Shown here: piece by piece, positions 9,805 through 17,238 of the stretch
How the letters are laid out: every line of letters starts with the position of its first letter
Numbering within the stretch: the stretch's first letter is position 1
Source: an uncultured Candidatus Saccharibacteria bacterium
GTDB lineage: Bacteria > Patescibacteriota > Minisyncoccia > Phycocordibacterales > WO2-35-19
Assembly: GCA_964630525.1 (NCBI GenBank)
Contig: CAZVUY010000005.1
Location: 1,379 to 65,378, forward strand
DNA: 64,000 bases
Direction: 5' to 3'
The notes under the pieces: generated by a model
What the model saw: the letters and a program-made list of their open reading frames with translations, nothing else
Told to the model about the DNA's origin: nothing
Databases searched by the model: none
Made by a program: the position numbers and the translations under genes

Positions 9805-9992
9805 CAGTTTTTGGTGGTTTTCTCGTCCAAAGGACGAGCATCATCCTAGGGCCGTACTGGAACGTCCCTAAGCGGCCGGGTACATGGCATGGGCCCTCCC
9901 TAAAGAAGGGCTTGCTGTTTATTTGAGAAATATACCTGATTCCGCCATAGAGACGGGATATTTTTCTCAAATCTGGCGGATGGCAAAGTGCT
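9805..9992 (-). ncRNA. array-fused structured leader/scaffold RNA, copy 1 (tracr/scout/reRNA-like candidate)
   Basis: 188 nt, collinear with 12681-12868; hairpins CTCGTCC/GGACGAG, GGCCG/CGGCC, GCCCT/AGGGC, ATTTGAGAA/TTCTCAAAT; compensatory base change between the copies. Confidence 0.75.
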
Positions 9993-10003
9993 GTCCTACC
10001 TAA

Positions 10004-10065
10004 ACTATATATTCTAAAGGACTGTTTTGTCAAATTGACTATATAGATGTTGTATGTTATACAAT
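10004..10065. promoter_or_regulatory. back-to-back sigma70 promoters for scaffold/array 1 (minus) and effector (plus)
   Basis: Minus: TTGACA(10033-10028)-18-TATAGT(10009-10004). Plus: TTGACT(10035-10040) then TGTTATACAAT. RBS AGGAG precedes TTG 10082. Confidence 0.65.
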
Positions 10066-10081
10066 GTCAGGAGAGTGAACA

Positions 10082-11347
10082 TTGCCACAAAAATATACCG
10101 CGCCAGTAAAGGTTAGGCCTAAGGCGTTCAAACAGCGCTTGGTGCTAGACGAAGAAACAAAGAATGTGATCTTCAGGTTGTCCAAGATGATGGCTCACCT
10201 CTGGAATATAGGGGTGGAGCAGAGCAAGGTTTGGCTTGAAGAGGTCGCCACGGAGCGTAAAAAGCCGGAAGAAGAAAGAGGCAAAACGACACCGGTGAAT
10301 AGCTTTTCTTTCAACCTCTGGTTGAAGAAATTGAGAGATGCCGGCACAGAAGTGGAAGTGAATAAGGGAATGAAAGAACTTCTTTCGTTGGCCTCTATTG
10401 ATGTGTCACGCCAGGTATTGGCCAGGGTTGCTGATGGTTGGAAAGCTTTCTTTGAAGCCAAAAAGAGGGGGGACACGGAAGTAAGGCCACCCATGCCGAT
10501 GAATCCCGATCACTTTCAAGCTCTTCAGTGGTCAGCGCAACATATCAGGTTGGTCGACGGGGTTTTGAGTTTACCGGCTTTTTCTGGTATCAAACTCAAA
10601 CTTTCGCTCCGGCAGGTAGTCTCCAAACAAAGAGGAGATAATCGTCCTCAAGAGAGTAACTATCTTGAGAGGATGGTTGGCGAGAAGAGTGTGCGATATC
10701 TGACACTCACTTACGATTGGAGGAAAGACGAATTCTTCCTGTCTTGTGTCGTGGGATTACCCCCGACTCCGCTGAAAACGGAGAACCCGTCCCTGTATCG
10801 AGCGATTGACTTAGGGGCGGGGGATATTGCCGTTACAGATTCGGATGGGAGTGAGTTTTTGATTCCATTACGTCGACCAGACAAGTGGCATCAGCCGGAA
10901 ATTGCCAAAATCAATAAACGGCTAAAGAAAAGGAGGGGGTCGAAAAAACTCAAGCGAGCACGCAACCACGCTTTTGAGCGTCAGAGCGATCAGTTTGAGA
11001 CTTTCCAAAAACAGCTGGCTCACAAGTTGGCTGAACCAAAGGTTGAGTGTATTGTGGTGGGGATGCAAAAGATCCGACTGGGCCTCGCTCAATCGGAAGA
11101 TGGCACCCCTAAGCAGCACTACGGAGTGCAAAATACCGGAAATTTGTTTCGGCTCGTACTCTTTCTCCGTAGCAAATGCGAGGAGAGGGGCATCCGATTT
11201 GTTGAGTTACCAGATCCTCGGCGAGAAGGGAGTCTGGACGATCCTGAAAGCAAATTTCAGGCGAGTCGCAACCTCTTGACTCAAGCAGTCGAAGGTACTG
11301 GCGTTTCTGTTCCGGACAAGTTTGTGCGCAAGGGGTTCAAGTGGTGA
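10082..11347 (+). CDS. miniature TnpB/Cas12-like (type V) effector, 421 aa, probably nuclease-dead
   Basis: TnpB-like order of motifs: AFKQRL, HLWN, GWKAFFEAKKRG, RuvC-I RAIDLG (D243), AVTDSDG, basic GSKKLKRAR helix, RuvC-II IVVG (G327 in place of E), KCEERGI, no CxxC zinc finger, RuvC-III KFQASRNL (K in place of D); lies between CRISPR arrays next to cas1. Confidence 0.85.
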   Translation: MPQKYTAPVKVRPKAFKQRLVLDEETKNVIFRLSKMMAHLWNIGVEQSKVWLEEVATERKKPEEERGKTTPVNSFSFNLWLKKLRDAGTEVEVNKGMKELLSLASIDVSRQVLARVADGWKAFFEAKKRGDTEVRPPMPMNPDHFQALQWSAQHIRLVDGVLSLPAFSGIKLKLSLRQVVSKQRGDNRPQESNYLERMVGEKSVRYLTLTYDWRKDEFFLSCVVGLPPTPLKTENPSLYRAIDLGAGDIAVTDSDGSEFLIPLRRPDKWHQPEIAKINKRLKKRRGSKKLKRARNHAFERQSDQFETFQKQLAHKLAEPKVECIVVGMQKIRLGLAQSEDGTPKQHYGVQNTGNLFRLVLFLRSKCEERGIRFVELPDPRREGSLDDPESKFQASRNLLTQAVEGTGVSVPDKFVRKGFKW

Positions 11348-11363
11348 GAGGATTGTCCATTTC

Positions 11364-11405
11364 AAGTCCCGCCTTTGCCAGGAATGGCAAGGTGCGGGAC
11401 TTTTT
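11364..11405 (+). terminator. intrinsic terminator between effector and cas1
   Basis: AAGTCCCGC-CTTTGCCA-GGAA-TGGCAAGG-T-GCGGGACTT followed by a T tract. Confidence 0.8.
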
Positions 11406-11418
11406 GTATAATGGATTT

Positions 11419-12150
11419 ATGAATGCTAAGTTTGCTGAAAGATTGTTGATTTATAGAGACAAAAATAGATTGTCTTTTTCTAAAACCATTTTGCTTCAAA
11501 AAATAGAAAATCAGTTTTCAATTGTCAGCAATAGACGGAGGTTTGAAAAATATAGAATGGAAATTGTCTCGGCTCGTGACATACAAAATTTGTTATTGAT
11601 TGAAGGTAGAGCAGCCAGGGAATACTGGAAATTGTTTGGCGTAGAGGTAACCAAGGGTTCAAAAATAATATGGTTTGGGAGAAAACCCCACAAAGATGAC
11701 GTAGCAAACAAACTTTTGGACATAGGATATCATTATCTTACTCAAAAAATAACGGATTTATTTGATTCCTTGGATTTTCCGGTTGAATTTGGTTTTTCTC
11801 ATAAAGCACAAAGCAAGAAGGCTGTTCCTCTGGTCTATGATTTTATTGAATGGTTAAGGCCGTTTATGGTCGATGAAATACTTCTGCGTTTTGTACACAA
11901 AAAGAAAAAATCTATAGATATGTCGAATAAAAAAATTATTCCAATTTTTCTTTCTAAAATAAAACAAAAATTTGAGCAAAAATATTTTCATAGAAACCTT
12001 GATTACTGCATTACGTTAGAGTATTGGATTAAAATTCTAATACTCGAATTTATGGGGGTGGTAAATGGAGGTAAAGAACAATACAAACCCATTTTCCCAA
12101 GTTTAAGACATGAGACCAGATGTAAAACTTGCAAAACAAAAACCGCCTAA
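11419..12150 (+). CDS. cas1: CRISPR-associated endonuclease Cas1, short form (243 aa) lacking the N-terminal beta domain
   Basis: KIENQ, LLLIEGRAAREYW (E62), DVANKLLDIGY, GFSH (H128), LVYDFIEWLRPFMVD (D141/E144); TATAAT at 11407-11412 is 6 nt upstream of ATG 11419. Confidence 0.9.
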   Translation: MNAKFAERLLIYRDKNRLSFSKTILLQKIENQFSIVSNRRRFEKYRMEIVSARDIQNLLLIEGRAAREYWKLFGVEVTKGSKIIWFGRKPHKDDVANKLLDIGYHYLTQKITDLFDSLDFPVEFGFSHKAQSKKAVPLVYDFIEWLRPFMVDEILLRFVHKKKKSIDMSNKKIIPIFLSKIKQKFEQKYFHRNLDYCITLEYWIKILILEFMGVVNGGKEQYKPIFPSLRHETRCKTCKTKTA

Positions 12151-12165
12151 GCTTGTGCTTGGCGG
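12138..12165 (-). terminator. intrinsic terminator ending the array 2 transcript, overlapping the cas1 stop
   Basis: Minus strand CCGCCAAGC-ACAA-GCTT(A)GGCGG followed by TTTTTGTTTT. Confidence 0.7.
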
Positions 12166-12680
12166 CTAACCTTTGGAAGGTGGTTACTATCCAGAGAAAG
12201 TAGTAGTGGCAACCCATGAAGGAGTACCCCACCACCCTATCTTTTGGAAGGTGGTTACTATCTATTTGCGATACATATCAGCCAATTCTTCGGTACCCCA
12301 CCACCCTATCTTTTGGAAGGTGGTTACTATCTAGCCAAAAAAGGAGCCAAAAACTTCATGGCGGTACCCCACCACCCTATCTTTTGGAAGGTGGTTACTA
12401 TCCAGCGTAGGACCCTTATAAAGTATATTTTTCGTACCCCACCACCCTATCTTTTGGAAGGTGGTTACTATCAGGGTTAATCAAAGTTTTTTAATTTCAT
12501 ACGTACCCCACCACCCTATCTTTTGGAAGGTGGTTACTATCAAACGAATTGCCAAAAAAGAAATCCGAACAGGTACCCCACCACCCTATCTTTTGGAAGG
12601 TGGTTACTATCCTCCAAACAAAACCACAATTAGCACTTCTCGTACCCCACCACCCTATCTTTTGGAAGGTGGTTACTATC
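12166..12680 (-). CRISPR. CRISPR array 2: 7 full 39-nt repeats + 1 degenerate, 7 spacers of 30-32 nt
   Basis: Same repeat at 12224, 12293, 12364, 12434, 12503, 12573 and 12642; partial copy 12166-12191; no spacer shared with array 1. Confidence 0.98.
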
Positions 12681-12868
12681 CAGTTTTTGGTGGTTTTCTC
12701 GTCCAAAGGACGAGCATCATCCTAGGGCCGTACTGGAACGTCCCTAAGCGGCCGGGTACGTGGCATGGGCTCTCCCTAAAGAAGAGCTTGCTTTTTATTT
12801 GAGAAAAATATCTTTTCCCTCGCAAGAGGGGAGATACTCTTCTCAAATCAGTCGGATGGCAAAGTGCT
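12681..12868 (-). ncRNA. array-fused structured leader/scaffold RNA, copy 2
   Basis: First 79 nt identical to 9805-9883; same hairpins; shared end motif CGGATGGCAAAGTGCT. Confidence 0.75.
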
Positions 12869-12881
12869 TCTCCTGAGCCCA

Positions 12882-12909
12882 ATTATGCATAAAAACAAAC
12901 TATTGTCAA
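12882..12909 (-). promoter_or_regulatory. sigma70 promoter for scaffold/array 2
   Basis: Minus TTGACA(12909-12904)-16-CATAAT(12887-12882); the -35 box is the same distance from the scaffold end as in copy 1. Confidence 0.6.
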
Positions 12910-12951
12910 ATGCTTGCATAAAATAAGGAAATCCGGTAAAGTATCCCTGCT

Positions 12952-13368
12952 ATGGCAGAAACCAAAAAAGCCACAAAAACAAGCCCTAAAAAGACTCCTG
13001 CCAAAACAGGAGAGTCTCACTCCGCTAAAGTTATGCGGGACAATAATAGCTTTGCCATTATTGAAACCGGAGGCAAGCAATACCGTGTTTCTGTAGGTGA
13101 CTCGGTAAAGATAGAGAAGCTGAAAGATAAAGAATACAAAGAAGGTGACGCTCTTATCTTCGATAAAGTACTCTTGGTTGATAACGGTTCTGATGCTACC
13201 GATATCGGTACTCCTTATGTGAATGGTGCCAAGGTTTCTGCCACTCTAGTTGAAATCGGCCGCGCTCCGAAAGTGACTGTCATCAAATACAAACAAAAGT
13301 CTCGCTATTTCAAGAAAAACGGCCACCGCCAACCTTTCTTTAAAGTCAAGATAGACAAAATTTCATAA
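12952..13368 (+). CDS. rplU: 50S ribosomal protein L21 with Lys-rich N-terminal extension
   Basis: FAIIETGGKQYRV, IGTPYV, KKNGHRQPF. Confidence 0.97.
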   Translation: MAETKKATKTSPKKTPAKTGESHSAKVMRDNNSFAIIETGGKQYRVSVGDSVKIEKLKDKEYKEGDALIFDKVLLVDNGSDATDIGTPYVNGAKVSATLVEIGRAPKVTVIKYKQKSRYFKKNGHRQPFFKVKIDKIS

Positions 13369-13380
13369 ATGAAAAGGTAT

Positions 13381-13416
13381 AATTAAAAAAGGGAGAATAT
13401 TCTCCCTTTTTTAATT
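13381..13416. terminator. bidirectional terminator between rplU and VKOR
   Basis: Perfect palindrome AATTAAAAAAGGGAGAAT-ATTCTCCCTTTTTTAATT. Confidence 0.8.
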
Positions 13417-14024
13417 TAATACAAGAAAAAATCTCGGAAGCGTAGGAGGATAGTGACGATGGCCAGGAAGTACCAAGAGGTTAGAAATTGAAAATGATGT
13501 TTGGAGACAAATCCAAAAATGTTATCAACGATACTTTGCCTGCTCACATGGCCACGGTGGGGTGGCAAAATAAAATGATCTTCTTTGAAATTCCAAATGG
13601 TAGTGTAGAGAAAAATCGGCCAAGTGACTGCCCAAACCACCATACAATAAATACAGAGTGAACCAATATTAAAAATGCTTTGATAGAAAAACCAAAGAAC
13701 AAAAATCATGGCTGCCAGGGTACCCAAATTTACCAAGAGCCAAAGTGGTTTGCGAGCTCGACCACCAGAGAAAAGCATCACTCCTACTGCAAAAAGCATT
13801 GAAAAAGCCATCATTCCCAACAGAGAATTGGGGAAGCCGAAAACTTCACCTTGCCAGGAAGTGGCCGCGCTAGTGCAACTAACAAATGGATTTAGGTTGC
13901 AAGGAAGGTCGGTAGCTGGGTTCTCGATCAGTTTGATAGTGTCTAAGGTTAGCAAAAAAGAGGCGAGTAGACCGATGATGCTACCAACCATCAATATGTA
14001 AGAATATGATTTTTGAATTGTCAT
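13416..14024 (-). CDS. vitamin K epoxide reductase family protein
   Basis: C-x-LNPFVSC, FGFPNSLLG, redox motif CIYC, TM helices. Confidence 0.93.
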   Translation of the reverse strand: MTIQKSYSYILMVGSIIGLLASFLLTLDTIKLIENPATDLPCNLNPFVSCTSAATSWQGEVFGFPNSLLGMMAFSMLFAVGVMLFSGGRARKPLWLLVNLGTLAAMIFVLWFFYQSIFNIGSLCIYCMVVWAVTWPIFLYTTIWNFKEDHFILPPHRGHVSRQSIVDNIFGFVSKHHFQFLTSWYFLAIVTILLRFRDFFLY

Positions 14025-14027
14025 TTT

Positions 14028-14651
14028 TTAATTCCTATTCCGAAGAGCATTCTTCAGTGTTTCAGGATCAGTATACTCTAATTCAGAGCCCATCGAAAGC
14101 CCTTTTCCCAGGTGGGATATTTTGATCTTATATTGCTCGGTGATCGGTCGCAAAAAGCGCTCGACGAAATACCCGGTATTTTCGCTCTCCGGATTCCAGT
14201 TGACTCCGATAATAATTTCTTTTAAACCTTGTTTAGCTTTGCCTTCAACAGATTTTTTTAGTTCTTCAGAACGGATCTTTGTCTCTGGTTCCTTTTCGAG
14301 GATCGGTATCGAGCCACCCAAGACGAAATAAAGACCATCGAAACCACCATTTTTTTCGACCGATTCCAAGTCGACATCTCTCTCGACAATCATTAATACC
14401 GAACGGTCACGTCTTGGGTTGGCACAAATTTTGCAAATTTTTTCTTCTTTATCTGGTCGGCTCAACTGAAAGAATCTTCGACAATCACCACATACTACTA
14501 CGTCATTTTTTAAATCCTGAATATTTTTGGCCAAATCTGTGAGCGAACCGTTGCCCCTGGTCAAGAGATAATAAACAAAACGTCTGGCTTGCCTCGGTCC
14601 GATCCCGGGGAATTGAGAAAATATTTGAATTAATTTATCTATACTATTCAT
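14028..14651 (-). CDS. recR: recombination protein RecR
   Basis: PGIGPRQARR HhH, C4 zinc finger, YFVLGG, GSELEY TOPRIM end. Confidence 0.95.
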   Translation of the reverse strand: MNSIDKLIQIFSQFPGIGPRQARRFVYYLLTRGNGSLTDLAKNIQDLKNDVVVCGDCRRFFQLSRPDKEEKICKICANPRRDRSVLMIVERDVDLESVEKNGGFDGLYFVLGGSIPILEKEPETKIRSEELKKSVEGKAKQGLKEIIIGVNWNPESENTGYFVERFLRPITEQYKIKISHLGKGLSMGSELEYTDPETLKNALRNRN

Positions 14652-14657
14652 TTACAT

Positions 14658-14753
14658 GACACTAATTACAAATTTGCACGAATTACACTAATAAAGCAAT
14701 AATAACAAAAATACCATATTCGTAAATTCGTATGTATTCGTGGATTGGTGTCG
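14658..14753. repeat. about 90-bp MITE-like element; inverted relative at 52186-52270
   Basis: Ends GACACTAAT...ATTGGTGTC with internal CGAAT/ATTCG repeats; the reverse complement resembles 52186-52270. Confidence 0.65.
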
Positions 14754-14755
14754 CG

Positions 14756-16135
14756 CTAGAAATCCCTAAACTCGGCTTCGGCGCCGGTAAACTCGGCCTT
14801 TTCGAGTGACTGGAAGGTGGCCTTCTTTTCGTTGAAGAAAAGTTCGATACGACCAGTGGCACCATTGCGGTGCTTTTCGAGCAATATCTCGGCGATATGT
14901 GTCTTATCGGCGTCGTCAGAACTTTTGGACTTGTCTTCGCGGTGGATAAACATCACCACGTCCGCATCTTGTTCGATGGAGCCCGAATCTCTCAGGTCAG
15001 AAAGTTTGGGTTTGCCGCCACGTTGCTCCACTGCTCGAGAAAGCTGAGAGAGGGCTAATACCGGGACGTCGAGCTCTCGAGCCAAGTTTTTGAGAGAACG
15101 AGAAATTTCGGTCACCTGATTGACCATCGAATCATAATTTTTGGTGGTGGTGATGAGCTGAAGGTAATCGACGATAATAAGCCCCAAACCTTTTTCATTT
15201 TTCAGCCTTCTGGCGACCGAGCGCATTTTGAGAATATTATTGCCTGGTTGATCGTCAATAAAAATCGGTGCTTTAGAAAGAACATCGAGTGAACGTCGGA
15301 TCGCCGTGAAATCGTCCTCTCTGATCATTCTGCCGGTACGCAGCTTCCAAGCATCGACACTCGACTGGGAAGCGAGCATCCGATCTACTAGCTGCTGAGA
15401 GCTCATTTCGAGAGAAAAGATACCGACCGGAGTATTGTGATTTACGGCGGTTTGACGGGCAATATCGAGAGCTAAAGCTGTTTTACCGACCGAAGGTCTA
15501 GCGGCTAGAATGATCAAGTCTGACTTTTGGAAACCAGAGAGTTTGTCATCTAACTCTTTGAAACCAGTGGACACACCACGCAAACCATCACCCGAGTTGT
15601 GGAGCCGATCAAGTCTCTCCCAAGCTTCGTCAAGCTCTGATTTCATATCTACAAACTTGTGAACGCTCGCAATATTGGTGACATCATAAATCTTTTTCTG
15701 AGCCTGATCTAGCAATTCTTCCAACTCACCAGCTTCGTCGTAACCGAGGGAAGAAATGAAGTCTGCAGCCCCGATCAGATTCCTGGCAATATGTTTCTTT
15801 TGGATGATGGCTGCATAATAAGCAGCATTGGCTGAGGAAGGGACAGAGTTTACTAGTTCGCTCAAATAGCTGTTGCCACCGATTTCTTCTAACAGATTTT
15901 TTTCTTTCAAACGAGCTGAGACTGTGAGTAGGTCGGTTGGGTTGCGTTTGCTAAAAAGTTCTAGCATTGTTTCAAAGATCAAACGATGCTTTTCAGAATA
16001 AAAAGAAGCAGGGTAGGCAAGATCGGTCACTTCGTACATCACTTCTGGTCGAAGCATGATCGAGCCGAGCAAGGCCATCTCGGCTTCGGTGTTGTGAGGG
16101 GGGACACGCAGGTGTGTTTTTTTGGTCTCAGCCAT
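14756..16135 (-). CDS. dnaB: replicative DNA helicase
   Basis: PPHNTEAE, AARPSVGKT, IVDYLQL, LSQLSR, SDLRDSGSIEQDAD. Confidence 0.98.
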   Translation of the reverse strand: MAETKKTHLRVPPHNTEAEMALLGSIMLRPEVMYEVTDLAYPASFYSEKHRLIFETMLELFSKRNPTDLLTVSARLKEKNLLEEIGGNSYLSELVNSVPSSANAAYYAAIIQKKHIARNLIGAADFISSLGYDEAGELEELLDQAQKKIYDVTNIASVHKFVDMKSELDEAWERLDRLHNSGDGLRGVSTGFKELDDKLSGFQKSDLIILAARPSVGKTALALDIARQTAVNHNTPVGIFSLEMSSQQLVDRMLASQSSVDAWKLRTGRMIREDDFTAIRRSLDVLSKAPIFIDDQPGNNILKMRSVARRLKNEKGLGLIIVDYLQLITTTKNYDSMVNQVTEISRSLKNLARELDVPVLALSQLSRAVEQRGGKPKLSDLRDSGSIEQDADVVMFIHREDKSKSSDDADKTHIAEILLEKHRNGATGRIELFFNEKKATFQSLEKAEFTGAEAEFRDF

Positions 16136-16269
16136 CACCCCCAATCATATCCCATCGCTTGCGGACTTCAAATATTCATTTATCGCAAATTGTGTTTAAT
16201 CGGTTGATAACCCAAATTCTCAAGGGAAAAACGATTCAAATCAACAGGAAAAAATGCTATAATCAAGTC

Positions 16270-17154
16270 ATGAATTCTATTTATAGTCACCAAAGTGCCA
16301 ATGTTGCCAAAACCTATTTTTTGATGGCGATTTTCTTCGCTTTCATCGTTCTGATCGGTTATTTTGTCTCTAGCTATTACGGTGCACCCGAATTGCTCTA
16401 TATCGCAGTCTTCCTGAGCCTTTTTATAAATATTTTGAGCTACTGGTTTTCTGACAAAATCGTCCTTTCGATCGCCGGGGCGAGACAAGCAAAGAGAGAA
16501 GAGTTTTTTGATCTCTACAATCTAACCGAAAACTTGGCGATCACCGCTGGTCTGCCAATGCCCAAAGTTTATGTTATCGAAGACACCGCCCCCAACGCTT
16601 TTGCCACCGGTCGTAACAAAGAACACGCTGTCGTGGCAGTAACTACCGGACTCCTGGCCAGACTGGAAAGAAACGAGTTGGAAGGGGTGATCGCACACGA
16701 ACTTTCGCATATTGGCAACCGCGATATTCTGCTTATGAGTGTAGTGGTGGTCCTGGTCGGCCTAGTTTCCATTCTTTCAGACGCGCTCCTTAGAGGTATG
16801 GCTTTTGGTCGAGATCGAGAAAATAATAAAGCGGGTGGTATCCTAGCAATCGTCGGCCTGGTACTGATCATCCTCTCACCGATTATTGCTACCCTGATCA
16901 AACTAGCGATTTCGCGCAAAAGAGAGTTTCTGGCCGACGCTTCGGCGGCCCTCTTGACCCGCTATCCAGAAGGTCTGGCAAGGGCACTCGAGAAAATTTC
17001 GACCTACAATGCTCCGCTCAAAGACGCTCACACCGCGACCGCCCATCTTTTTATCGCCAATCCTTTTGGAAATAAGAGGGCAGCACTAAGTAGTCTTTTC
17101 GCTACTCACCCACCTGTGGCAGAGAGGATCAAAGCCTTGCGGTCAATGATTTGA
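16270..17154 (+). CDS. htpX: zinc metalloprotease HtpX (M48)
   Basis: PNAFATG, HELSH, ISRKREFLAD, THPP; TATAAT 6 nt before ATG 16270. Confidence 0.95.
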   Translation: MNSIYSHQSANVAKTYFLMAIFFAFIVLIGYFVSSYYGAPELLYIAVFLSLFINILSYWFSDKIVLSIAGARQAKREEFFDLYNLTENLAITAGLPMPKVYVIEDTAPNAFATGRNKEHAVVAVTTGLLARLERNELEGVIAHELSHIGNRDILLMSVVVVLVGLVSILSDALLRGMAFGRDRENNKAGGILAIVGLVLIILSPIIATLIKLAISRKREFLADASAALLTRYPEGLARALEKISTYNAPLKDAHTATAHLFIANPFGNKRAALSSLFATHPPVAERIKALRSMI

Positions 17155-17238
17155 AGCCAAAAATCAGAAGAAACAAGGGTTATCCCCAGATTTGAGACTT
17201 TTTTCTTAAAATATGGTATAATTAAGCTAGGAGGTTTT

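Noticed and set aside
9190-10033. Several overlapping ORFs with repeated peptides (YPTTLSFGRWLL, TPPPYLLEGGYY)
   Set aside because: They are translations of the CRISPR repeats and scaffold; the same applies to 12050-12882
10082-11347. Ordinary IS200/IS605 or IS607 TnpB transposon
   Set aside because: No tnpA is adjacent, the gene is followed by a terminator and cas1, it is flanked by arrays, and the RuvC site is degenerate
11341-11418. GTG start giving a 269-aa Cas1
   Set aside because: The extension runs through the effector terminator hairpin and has no Cas1-like sequence; ATG 11419 has a leaderless-type TATAAT
12332-12363. Self-targeting spacer (TAGCCAAAAAAG also occurs in rpe near 41002)
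   Set aside because: Only a 12-nt low-complexity match. I saw no full protospacer in the window by eye, though an exhaustive search was not possible
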